In this document: piece after piece, positions 48,457 to 60,714 of the stretch
How the letters are laid out: the number at the start of each line of letters is the position of its first letter
Position numbering within the stretch: the first letter of the stretch is position 1
NCBI GenBank assembly: GCA_002633005.1
Contig: NMRA01000651.1
Coordinates: 56,096 to 120,095 of the forward strand
Source: Phoronis australis
Lineage: Eukaryota > Animalia > Phoronida
Length of the DNA: 64,000 bases
Direction of reading: 5' to 3'
Notes under the pieces: generated by a model
What the model saw: the letters and a program-made list of their open reading frames with translations, nothing else
The model's database searches: none
What the model was told of the DNA's origin: nothing
Translations under genes and position numbers: made by a program

Positions 48457-50864
48457 CCGTAATCGTTCGGGTTAACGCCCTGGGCGGTTAAATTGGCGAA
48501 TCCAAAAAATCGGGGGAGGGCGGTTAACCAAGCAGTGGGCGGTTAAATCGAAAATCCACCTAAAGTAGGGGATGGGCGGTTAACCGAACATGGGCGCTTA
48601 TTATGACGGACAACCGCCCTGGGCGGTTAATCTTACCTGGCGATCTAAATCCTGACACGACAATCGTACTCGGAACGCGTAGCGATTTTCAAAGAGCTTT
48701 ATCGTCACGTCGCCAAATGACTGTGAAAACGTCATAACAGCGGATGATCCCAACAAAGGTTCTCTTGCCTTCAGATTAGTGATTCACTATTAAATTTACA
48801 AAATTGCTGAGTAATAGCCCCGTGCCATCCTGCGGTGCACAGACGACCAGTCACCACGCAGCCTCCACTAGAATTAAAACTGTTTCAAGATGTGACCCTG
48901 CTTATGTGCGCGCGTGCAAGCTTCACGTGTTGCAGAGGTCAGACATCAAATTTATGGTTACAGTCTAGTACCGTATGTAGCTGTCAAGTTCTTTGCCGTG
49001 AGTCAGAGAGCAGTTTTAAAATTGGTTGTAATAAAAGTTTGAAAAACTTAACTCTGCTGTTTTTTTGTGTTTGAGATGTTATAGTCGACACTCCGTGACT
49101 CAATGACATTTTCAGCGTATGGTTCTGCGGCTAGCTGTCTTATCTCGACAGCCCGGCATTGCTCTCTTGCTGTTGCGCCAAACATGCTATGCAAAGAAGT
49201 AAGACAAGGATCGGGGGTGGTCGAGCCAGTCGTCGATCAAGAATAAAATTTCAAGCAACTGCATAAATATGTTACAAAATGTCACAAAACAGCAATGTTT
49301 CAATTCATTATTCTAAACGATCACCTTACCAAACTTCGTGGTGGAAAAACATTTATTTTTCATGCAAGATGTCCAGATTATCCCATTTATATCACTTGTA
49401 ATATCGCACTCCGGCACTGTTCGGTCCCGCTGTTATCGCGCAATGTCTCAGTCGGCTGACAATCGTGACTTGGAAATGCCGTCAAGTAATATAACGGCCT
49501 CATTCAATATGCATCTGTTTTTTATGGCCAAAGATAGCAGCGGGATTCAGCACGCGCGTAGGGCCTACGTGCGAGTCACCTGTCAATCACATGTTGGTGT
49601 CAAGGTAACATGCACTCCAAAGTGTGGGAACTTGCGCATGTGCACCACTACAAATCAGTCACACATAGCGACAGTCCGACGAAGTAACAAAAACGGGCGT
49701 GCCTATGTACTTTTAAGCTGTTGTTACGAAAGACCCAGTTCTTTACGATATTCCTCCGTTGCCAATGTTCCCCAAAACTGCGATGTCAAGTCTATTCCAA
49801 TATTTCCCGGCTCGATGCTCCCTAAGCCCATCCCTGTAACTAGCTACGTGAATCTCCAACCCACTATCGTCAAGCAATCTACGTCGTAGATATTTCAGAC
49901 TCGAATGGTAAGAATTTTTGTTCAGGCTGAAAATGGCCAATGTATAAACAAAATTATTCTGGATGGCTAAAAGGGGGATGTGGAAACGATAATTCACAAA
50001 GTCACGCAAGAAATAGTAAAGAACAGCCAGCGATATTAGTTAAATCTGCTAACCAGTTTGACTGAGATGCAATAAGCGAAAAACAAAATTTGACTAGTCG
50101 TTTTTTTATTACTTCAAGATCATACACAAACATATATTATTGCCAACGTTTGAATTCAGAAATCGACAGGCAGCAACGAAATCGGTAACCCAGTAAGGCA
50201 CTTGTACTGTCCCTTCGGTCGCCCCACATCCTCTATAACCCGGCAGTTATATTCATCAAAATATTGAGAATTTGACATCTCTCCGTGAGTTGTGAGATTT
50301 GTTCAAAATGCGAGAGCTTCCCACCTTAATAGAATTTGGAGGGTTGGCAAAACCATTGTCACATTTCTCTGGCCTGATTTTTTCGAATATATGTTTTATC
50401 TAGTGCACTGCAGACGGAAACTCAGCGCGGCAGACAAAGTTGCTGAAAGCGGAGGTTTTGACGCCGGCGGCGTTCTTAAACTTTGCAAACAAGGGAAGAA
50501 AATAAAGTGACAAAAAAGGTTCAAGTATTATATTTTGAAGTGAGTTTATGACCCATGACAATAACTCGTTACCTGTATTGTAATTCAGATTGCTAAACCA
50601 CCATCTCGGAGTCCCGGCGTCATTGCACTCATTGTGATCATCGATCTTTCTCTAAAAGTCGGGGAATCGCGCGTTTCCTTAGCACTAGGAGCTAAACCTT
50701 CATTCTTTAAAAGTCGGGGATGGGCGCTTAACCGAGAGGTGGGCGCTTAACTGGAAATCTTCAAAAATCGCAGGGGGGCGCTTAACCGAGCAGTGGGCGG
50801 TTAAATCGAAAATCCACTTAAAGTCGGGGATGGGCGGTTAACTGAGCATGGGCGTTAACCCGAA
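48457..50864 (+). mobile_element. TA-target CCGTA-TIR DNA element, family B (right end runs into gap)
   Basis: ta|ccgtaatcgttcgggttaacgccc ... gggcgttaacccgaa|N, with many subterminal gggcg(g/c)ttaa repeats at both ends. Confidence 0.8.
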
Positions 50865-51269
50865 NNNNNNNNNNNNNNNNNNNNNNNNNNNNNNNNNNNN
50901 NNNNNNNNNNNNNNNNNNNNNNNNNNNNNNNNNNNNNNNNNNNNNNNNNNNNNNNNNNNNNNNNNNNNNNNNNNNNNNNNNNNNNNNNNNNNNNNNNNNN
51001 NNNNNNNNNNNNNNNNNNNNNNNNNNNNNNNNNNNNNNNNNNNNNNNNNNNNNNNNNNNNNNNNNNNNNNNNNNNNNNNNNNNNNNNNNNNNNNNNNNNN
51101 NNNNNNNNNNNNNNNNNNNNNNNNNNNNNNNNNNNNNNNNNNNNNNNNNNNNNNNNNNNNNNNNNNNNNNNNNNNNNNNNNNNNNNNNNNNNNNNNNNNN
51201 NNNNNNNNNNNNNNNNNNNNNNNNNNNNNNNNNNNNNNNNNNNNNNNNNNNNNNNNNNNNNNNNNNNNN
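50865..51269. other. Assembly gap (N run)
   Basis: Run of N. Confidence 1.
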
Positions 51270-52324
51270 GTATCAGTTCACATACTCTAGTTGGCTGCCT
51301 GCAAATTGTCTATTTTAATTGACCAGGTTTTGAAATAAAACAGTCTGGTTTTAGCAATTATTGACTAAGTTTATGTGATCATTCAAAAGACAGTGGAATT
51401 CCATGAAATCCATAAAAATTAAACTTTGAAAATAACTTAAGGTCAATACTTACATGACTTTTACAATGCATGCCATAAAATCAAATTTAGCATGGGATAA
51501 TTTCAAATTTGGTATTTGTCACTGTTGTCATGGAGACGATTAATCATGCAAGGTTAGAAAATTTTAATCAATTCTCTGGAATATGATAATCATCAGAAAT
51601 ATAATGATATCAGAAATATAATTATGATATCAGAAATATAAGTATGATATCAGAAAATGTCCCTTTACAGTATGTGAATTTTTGGTAAGACAGCACTAAA
51701 ATTGATATACTCTTCAATTTTGGGAAATAACTGAAAACTCAGATCTTAAGTATTTTCGTAGTTATGACGATTTGGAATTATTCTGTTTTCATGCGTGAGA
51801 CGTTTTATGTGCTGATGTCTTCATTATTTGTTTATCAGTTTTCAAGTAAATTCTAAGAATTGCTGCAGTAGCTGTCATAATTATGATAACTGTGGTTTCC
51901 TTATGCCTCATGTCACATGATTAATTGTTGTGGATTATGATGAAACATTCTTGGAATTTCCTGTTATTCTGGCGTAATACTTTCTAAGATTATTCTTGAT
52001 GTTTACTGACACGCTGTGCTTTGTGTAGTTATGGTTATAACTTCCTCCATCATCGACTAATTACCTCATAAGTGTAATTTAGTCCTACTTTTGATGTTAG
52101 TACAAAAAATATCAAATGTGTTAGAACATTTTGCCACTCAAGTTGATGGTATAAACCTATGTCCGTCAAAAAACTCAGGTTCCATTTAGACCAGTTAGTG
52201 CAGCTATCAAACTGGTTTCCATTATTGTTTCAAACCCAATGTTTGCCATGTCAAACCAACTTGCTGAGTCTGATCTTGAGCAATAATGAATAATAAACAC
52301 ACACTGTCTTTTGTTACATAAAAC

Positions 52325-53582
52325 AAGACCCATATTGAAAGAGGCTGTTAAATTACTTGACGGCATTTCCAAGTCTAGTGACGGCATATTGCGCGCAAAC
52401 AGCGGGACCGACCAGTGCCGCAGTGCGATATTGCCGTAGATGATATTATAATAGGATAATCTGTACATATTGCGTGTAAAATAAATGTGTTTTATGTTTG
52501 CCAGGTAGGCCTATCTATTTTACCCCCTCCATCCCAAAAAAAACGGCTCGTGTAGATTGGAATTTCCCGGTGGCAGGTACAAGACGTCTATAATCTCAGC
52601 TCCGCAATTCCAAATTTCATGTCGTGAATGCGACCTGCAGTTCGTTATGGCGAGTGCGGAGTCTCGGTTGCAAAACTCTTCACTAATTTTGTCGTATAGC
52701 CACGCAAACCACAGATGCCGGTTAGCCGAAGAATTGGGGCTACATCTACAAATTGTTTTTTACCGATGCAGATCCGTGTACGAACTGGTAATGTTTTCCT
52801 CGGACTCTACTATACGCGCTCACTAGACTCATCCCCAGTCACAGTGTTAGTAATTTTAAAATAAAATCTTAAGCAAATGCTTGTTTTTGAGTAATGCCTT
52901 TGCGGTAACTTTTGATTGATGACTGGCTCATGTCCGCTTACCCCTGATTCTTATCTTCTTTGCGTGGCATGTTTCACGCAATTGGAAGTGGGCAACGCTG
53001 GACGGTCGAGATAAAACAGCTAGCCGCAGAACCGTACATTGAAAATGAGTTACAGAGTCTAATCTGATCTATTCTAATCTCCAACATAAACATCCAAAAA
53101 CAAAAAACACCTGAATTTTGCTTTTCAAACTTTTATTACATCATTAATTTTAAAACTGGTCTTTGACTCGGAACTTTACAGCTAGCACCATAAATTTGAT
53201 GTCTGCTGTGTTCTCTGCAACACGTGAAGCTCGAGCTCACACGTGCATTTCTAAAGTGTCATTGCGTGAGAATAGTTGCAATCCAAGTTATTGTTACTGT
53301 TCGTCTGCGCACTACAGCTCTAATAACATCGCAGGACGGCACCGGGCTATTTCTCACCAATTTTGTAAATTTAACTGTGATTAACTAATCTGTGGGCAAC
53401 AGAACATTTCTTGGGATCGTCCGCTGTTATGAGGTAAGATTAAGCGCCCATGTTCGGTTAACCGCACATCCTGGATTTCTTGAAATTTCACGTTAAAGCG
53501 CCCATGTCTGGTTAACCGCCCACCCCCTATTTTTTTGGTTTGCCAATTTAACCACCCAGGGCGTTAATCCAAATGTTTACAG
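52325..53582 (-). mobile_element. Inverted partial copy of CCGTA family B
   Basis: Reverse-complement matches to about 48457-49510 (e.g. ttacttgacggcatttccaagtc; cagctagccgcagaacc). Ends gggcgttaatccaaatgtttacag|ta. Smaller fragments near 32305-32460 and 44590-44690. Confidence 0.72.
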
Positions 53583-53795
53583 TACATACATCTTCCAACA
53601 AGATGGTTGCTCATGATCTTTCTTTTCTTAGCACTAAACTTCGTATTGAGGATTATTGTATTAACCCCATTTTTGCATTGGGAAACCTTGTGCAGTCGTA
53701 TACGGTGGTTTCTAATCAAATTTGCCGTTGATTAGGATTTTGCTGTATCATGTTTATGGGCAGAAATACAGCCTGCTTAAATTAATATATATAGA

Positions 53796-54622
53796 TTATT
53801 ACATGGCGAAGTTGTTATCCCTCGTTATCTAGAACCCGAGTGGATTTTTCGAGAATTATTGCCGGAGGGGCATTAGCCCCGAGGGTTATAATTCTACAAA
53901 ATCCACGAGGGCTCTAGATAAGGGGTATAACGGCTGAGAACATGTAATAATTTATTTTTACCTCATACTAAACGAGAAACATTGCAATGAATCGATTTAC
54001 CTTTCTCAACTCGCCTCAGCTTTGTAACTACTTTCTATGTCAGAGACCCGAGGTCGGAGGTCGTGACCTTTTAAGAAAAGCCGAGCTATTTTTATCAAAT
54101 AATGCTTTTACTCAAAATCAATTGAAAATTTAAACAAAATAGAAATAAAGTGAATTTGTAAGTTAGGGTTTACCAATTATAGCTTTAAACACATTTTGTC
54201 ACGCTAAGCTTCGACCCGGAAGCTATCATCTGCTAAAGTAAGTTATCAGTGGCAACTGAGTATAATTCTCAAGTCAAAGAATCCCGATGACATGATACCT
54301 GAACTCAAATTGGAGATCTGTGATTTACAAGTGAGAGAATGTGAGAGAAAAATTTCACTGAATTAAGATATCGTTTTTAAGGAAATTATGCGTCATATTT
54401 TTCATAGCGTATAAATGTCAGTACAATGCCCTTTGTTGAACATGGGATTATTGCGGGTGCTCATTTAAGTATTCTATTTTCACGGTCACTGACGTCAGCC
54501 GCTGAGTGGTGTAGTGGTAAAGTCGACGACCCGAAACTCTTGAGGTCCGGGTTCGAAACCAGCCTCGTTTTCCCGCCAAAATGTTCTCTCACTAGTGAGA
54601 TAACTAAATGGGTTATTACATG
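53796..54622. mobile_element. Non-autonomous DNA element with terminal ~155-bp hairpin and 10-bp direct terminal repeat (Crypton-like architecture, tentative)
   Basis: TTATTACATG at 53796 and 54613, its inverse CATGTAATAA at 53941. 53796-53950 folds as a long imperfect hairpin (ttatctaga..gtggatttt / aaaatccac..tctagataa). Confidence 0.5.
54500..54570 (+). promoter_or_regulatory. tRNA-derived Pol III A/B-box segment (not a functional tRNA)
   Basis: A box TGGTGTAGTGG at 54507-54517, B box GGTTCGAAACC at 54550-54560. No good cloverleaf. Confidence 0.55.
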
Positions 54623-54944
54623 TTGTATTTGCCATTCGAGGCTAATATTGTGGTATAAACACTGTCTGTTTCAACCATGGTTATCAAGTTTGGTTGGATC
54701 ATGACATCAACTTGATAATTGCTTCTAAAATAAATTTCCTTCAGGTGTTTTTAAAGCCTTTCAATTTAATATGTTGTTCTGTAAACAGCCTCCTATAGCT
54801 TTTTAACATTTAATTTCTCTGCAGTCTATCCTATTGGCATAGTGTTGATTTGGTTGTCTTTGCTTAACTGGCAGATAAGATTATGTAATGTTGATACCTT
54901 AAAGGAGCATTATGAGGGAGAAAAGGGAACGATTTTCTGAGATC

Positions 54945-55020
54945 ACTCCTAAGTGTGGAATCGAACCTGGTACCGGACCTATGTGATCACTGATTAGTGC
55001 TCTGCTGTCAGAGCTAAGTT
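54945..55020 (-). mobile_element. tRNA-derived SINE-like head
   Basis: Minus strand tagctctgacagcagagca ... ggttcgattcc: degenerate A box, perfect B box. Confidence 0.45.
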
Positions 55021-56619
55021 CCAATCGATAAATGGCAGAGTATTTCACAGGTAAACTCACCAAGCTTGAGTTCAGCGAGTGTTTGGTAGACACTGATGAG
55101 AACTGACGTTTTGTATTATAATCACCAAACAATGGGCTTGGTTGTGTTATAGCTTTGGTCAAAGCTATAACTTCAAGAAGTTTATCCCATACAACATTAA
55201 TAAAAAATACTTTTTTTCTGCCATAAAACCAGTTTTGTCCACTGCATTCGCCTAAACCAAGCAAGTCAAATTTGCCATTTTACATTCGTTTCAGAGTATT
55301 TCAATTGTGATAGATTATTTCCATTACCAATAATATCGTTGAAACCAATGGCAAGTTAAGAAAATGCTCCATTGTTTACTGGGTTTGGCTAACCTTAAAA
55401 TTGCCAATTGGAAAATGGCACTTGATTATATTTTAAAGAAAATATTCAAGAATCTGTATTGAAATCAGCATTGGCTGTACAGTCTGCTTCCGGACTGCTA
55501 ATAATTAGCTGTTCATAGCACACTGTCAGCTGTTTTTCTGACTGACCGGTTGCCAACCCCTTGCCGACTCGTCTCCGATCTTTTGGATAAAAAAATGTGA
55601 TCTATGCTGTAGAAAGGAGGGCTAAGTTTTTGTAACAACCTGCATGTGCACAAATATACATCAGTTCTCCCATCTAAGTTGAATTTTGATTTTGCGTTCA
55701 CACACTTCCCAAGGTAGGAATGGCTTAGATTAAATTGATTCAGCACTGTCTTGAGCATGTTCATGTTGAATTAAATTGGGCTTCAACTGCTTGCGTTTAC
55801 ACACGCTTCCTAAATCCCAAACTCATTTTGAATGGATTTAAATGCACAGTGTAAACACAGTATTTGTAAAAAACTATCAGTCTTTAGTGCATTATTATCA
55901 AAGGAATGTGAGAAAACTTATAATCTAAAGACCATTCATGAATGCCCCCTGTACATCAGCACACTTCACCAGGTTGAGCAAGTCGATGATTGCAATTCAA
56001 TGTAACCACGCTTTAACTTACGTGTTCATACGATAGCAATTCCCAATCTTCCACCGAGTTCACCTGCAGATTTGACAGTCTCCTTCCCAACTGGAGTCCA
56101 TATGATCCAAAGTCACTCTTTAAATGGATCCAAAAATTGGTCTTGGCATTATTAGGGCTTTCTCACCCTCTCAAACACTAATCTTGATCTTCTTACTGCT
56201 CACCTTTTGGAAATATTGAGAGGTGCTTAGATTATATTGAACGTATTGTATTAATCCAGCTAAGTAAGTGACATAATTGTGGAGATGCTGCTATTCTTAT
56301 CCTTCTGTTTCTGTTAGTGCGCTCTTCAGTACTTCTCGTAGTATGGACCTTTCCACCAGGACTCATCTGACTATATATGTAGATAGTCAGGATTTCAATA
56401 ACTGACCACAGCACAATCACTCCTACCTTTGACTAGTGCTGTGAGGAGTTTCTTCAAAGCAGACTCTCATGGGGGCGGGGGTTACTCCACTGTTCTGACG
56501 GGGGGTGTGGCACTAGAAAATTAGGAGAAAAACACAACTTTTTAGGAAGTTAACCACATTGCTCCGCAATTATTGGAGCTCTAATAGCATCTGGTTATCT
56601 TAAATAAGGTAGACCCAAA

Positions 56620-56965
56620 ACCTTGAAAATATTAGCCAGACTTGAATAGTGTTTGCCAAGCTTGAATAATACTGGCCTACCTTGAATAATATTGGCCAAG
56701 CGTGGATAGCATTGGCCAAGCTTGAATAATACTGTCTGAACCAGAATAATATTAGCTCTTGAGTAATTTGGCCAAGCTTGAACAATTTGGCCAAGCTTGA
56801 ATAATATTGGTCAAGCTTGAATAATATTGGCCAAACTTAAATAATATTGGCCAAACTTGAATAATATTGAACAGTCTTGAACAATATTGGCCAAACTTGA
56901 ATAATATTGACCAAACTTGAATAATATTGGCCAAACTGGAATAATATTGGCCAAACTTAAATAAT
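56620..56965. repeat. 20-bp minisatellite built from palindromes (AATATT, TTGGCCAA), ~16 copies
   Basis: Unit aataatattggccaaacttg. Confidence 0.9.
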
Positions 56966-58025
56966 GTATTATACTTTTGAGTAATCTTTTCAGGAAGAAT
57001 TGTTTGAGTTTTATGAATTTTGTGCAGTATAAAAACTTTTTAGTCAGATTGTGAAAAAATATTAACTACAATATAATTCAATACAGATGATTTTTGGACC
57101 CTTTTTATACGCCCACTTATTTAGATGTGCATACATATTGCCATCATTGCTGAATGTACAGTGTCTGCTGCTGTATCTCTTAACTTCCTTTTAGGATGAT
57201 GATGAGAGTTGGCAGATGTGTTCATATGAAGCTGATGACAATTGATAAGGAGTTTCTGACTGATTTGACTACTGCTCTGCTCCCTACGACCAATTTTAGT
57301 TTTTGCCTTTACTTCTGTATCATTGCAGTTCCGCAACGTGTTGTCTTAAATTTGGCAGATAGGTATCTAATAGTAGATGGATTTGGCATAATTTGTGCCA
57401 CATGATGACCATTTTTACCATTTTCAAGTCTGCCCCTCTATCAACCAAACCACTCTAAGGAAGATTATGAAAATTGGCATATGTGTTCCACCTATGAAGA
57501 GGACGGCTGACAATGATTTTTTAATGGCTCTGAATACTGTGAGGCCTCCTAGTGGTAGTTTTTCTACTTTTTCTAATGTCTGCATTGTCTGTTGTTAGCT
57601 TTGGTACAAACCTTGAACATGTAAAAAGATTACTGCATTTGCCGTCCATACTGTGTCCTAAATTAGCCAGACTTTATCGTAAATAATGCTTGTTTACCTA
57701 AGAATTAAATTGATAGCCTTGCCCAGATTTGTCTAATTAAGCGTATTCTTCATCATGATAGTAATTTCATCTCTGATTGATGGACTAGTTAGATGTTGTT
57801 TCCTCTCATTGATCACTCATTTGTTAAGGTAATTATCAACCATCCACGAAATTTTAACATGCATATTGGGTTAAATTGTATTTATTTTCACAGTGACTTA
57901 CTGGAACCCTGCTAGACATGGGAAGTTGCCCTGGTGATACATGGTTGAGTTAGGAAACAAAAATATCACGTAAAAGCTGTGCTGTTATCAATACTTTTTA
58001 AGTATTATTTGCCATTGTCATCCAT

Positions 58026-58745
58026 TTTTATGCGCCCACATATTTATATGTGGACGCATTATGCCGTCATCTCTGTCCGTCCAGGCGACGTGCGTCCCGG
58101 CGACGTGCGTCCGGCGTCCGCTGCTCTATCTCCAAAAGCCTTTGACATACGTTCATGAAATTTGGCACATATGTTCCAATCATGAATGGGACGGCATGTG
58201 CGAACTTTCGGACGGATCCGACTACCGGTGTGCCCCCTAGTGGCAATTTTAGTTTTTTACGCTTACCTTTGTATCTTCAAAAGTCCTGAACGGATTTTCA
58301 TGAAATTTGGTATGTAGGCACCTATTAGTGAGATGACGCTATCCTACTGTTTTCAGATGGATTCGACGTAGTTTGCGCCACCTAGTGGCCATTTTTACTG
58401 TTTTCGAGTCTGTATTTTTGCGTCCACCCCTCTATCAACCAAACCGCTCAAAGGATGATTGTGAAAATTGGCGTGTATGTGCTTACTATAAGGAAGACAG
58501 CTGACAATGATTTTCAGACGATTTGGACTACTGTGGCGCCTCCTAGTGGCAGTTTTGTTTTTTTGCGCCCATGGCTGTATCTCCCAAACCGTTTGCAGGA
58601 TCTTTACTAAATTTAGCAAGTGTATTTATGTGATGTTGACAACGGACGATGACGACTTTAGGATGATTCTGACTACCGGTATGCCTCTAGTGGCAATTTT
58701 AGTATTTGCCTCTAGTGGCAATTTTAGTATTTTACATTGACCTCT
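58026..58745 (+). mobile_element. Helentron-associated (HINE/DINE-1-like) element with ~150-bp internal tandem units
   Basis: T-run start, palindrome tgcgcccacata..tatgtggacgca, GTCC-type microsatellite, then about 4 units each containing aaatttgg..ccctagtgg. Confidence 0.7.
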
Positions 58746-60714
58746 GTATTTTCATAGGTCTTCAGGTGTATACTTTGTGTTACTTCGTGACTGTGAAGGA
58801 AAAGTTCCAAGTAGAAATTTGTTTCTGGCATTCTAATGCTGTGCTAATCTCGTATGTTGGTAAATTTGTTTTTAATTTTATGTTTCTGTGGTGCTTTAAG
58901 CAACTGGTGTATAGGATGTGCTTGTATTATGAAGATTACTCACATTTTGCCCCTAGCCTATTGAGGAGACAATGACCATGCCTTTCCATTTTGCAAAGTA
59001 TGCCCTCTACTGGCCACTTTATGGTACCAATAAACAACCCTAGAAGGATACCGTATGCGGTGCAATTGTGGGCGCATTTCAACGCTCCGCGTTGCTCTTG
59101 TTCTTTATCGAATTTCATTTTTTGATGAATGCCACTGTTATAGTTATTTCACCGTACACAAATGCGGTGGTAATACCACCAAGTACCCATTGTGTCTTTA
59201 TTACCATACCTCAATTCACATCATGAATGTACGTTTCACGTGTTTAGCTCCAGTGAACAAAGCCTTCAATCAAATTATCATGGTGCTGTTTCCATCATAG
59301 TAGAGCATGGAGTTGATTGGTGTGCAAACAGAATGTGGCAAAGAGAAAGCGTATTTGCATTGGCATGAAGAATACAGCAGCTTCTGTGGAACACGTTTCA
59401 CAGCAAATAAATTTGCTGGCCGGCTGGGTCAGTTACTTGAATATGAGAACACATCCACATAGGGCCTATATGTGAAAGTTTACTAGCCTGGCCACAAATC
59501 CTCTGGCCCTAGGCCACCGTGTATTTCAAACACTGGTCACACACTGTGTTGTCTACGAGCACATGGAATCTAACCACATGCCTCTTTCAACGTATCCAGT
59601 ACCTGATCTTGTATTGCACGCAGATATTCAAATGACACTCGATTGGGTTCATGGAGGATTAGTGTTCGTAGGCTGCAAACTTCAAGGACCTTCGCCCAAT
59701 AAAATTCTTTGATCCCTCTTTTCCAATTATGAAGGTGAAGTTTTCAACCAATAATGGAGATTTTTCAATAATTATATACAAAAAGGCATTTCCAATCTTG
59801 AGTTATTTTTATATAGTAACCAGTACCTGTAAAAGAGAAAAGAAATATACTTGGGAGCCATCAGTGTTCTCCACGACCAGTTTTAACCTGTTGCTTCAAC
59901 AGGGTAGAGTTCAGTAATGCTGGGACCTCGCATAAAATCTAGCCAAAATCACGCGTTCTCATTTAAAATACACGGCAACATCTCACGTAATCTTACAGTC
60001 TTGCTTTTCAACGAAGTCCTAGCGTTACTGAACTCAGGGCAGGTAACCTGCAACATACGGGCTTTTTTCCCATAACAATTAAAGAATGCCTGCCAGGTCG
60101 AGTCCAGTTAGTATGTCTGACAGGTTTGGATTTTCACTGACTATTATGTGGCATGACACACAACAACATGAAAGTGTCACGCATGAAGATATGCATATGA
60201 TTCTAGACGCGATCAGTCTTATTTGATAACTTGAAAACTTTTAACCATTAAAAGAAAGTACCCAGTGGGATTATGTCATTCCGTACCAGTCCAATGTGGC
60301 AAAGTTGATATAGATAACACCTGAGCTGATGCAGGAAACCCTGAACACTTGTTTACAACATAGACCGCCTTTGTTTGACTTTGAACCCAAAATGTAAATA
60401 TGTGGTGATTTTATAGTGTTTATAACCATAATGTTCCACAGCAGGACTGCTCCACATCAGGACTTAATGCCGAAATGAATGATTAATACAGGAAAAGCGA
60501 AACTTTTGAACAGTTGACTCTGTGGGGGAGTAGTTGTAAGTCTATGCCGGAGACAAAGGAAAACCCCCGTTTGACTGCATGGGCCTCAGTTCGCTTTTTA
60601 AAAAACTGGACAAAAGTGAATTTACATGTATCTATGGCACTGCACTAAAGAGTGGAATAAAGTTTAGATCTTGACCTCTTAAATCTAATAAAAGTACTTT
60701 TACGGGAAGAATAA

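Noticed and set aside
49338-50009. 183-aa and 88-aa ORFs inside CCGTA family B as a transposase
   Set aside because: No recognisable DDE, HTH or other motif, and not conserved as an ORF in the inverted copy.
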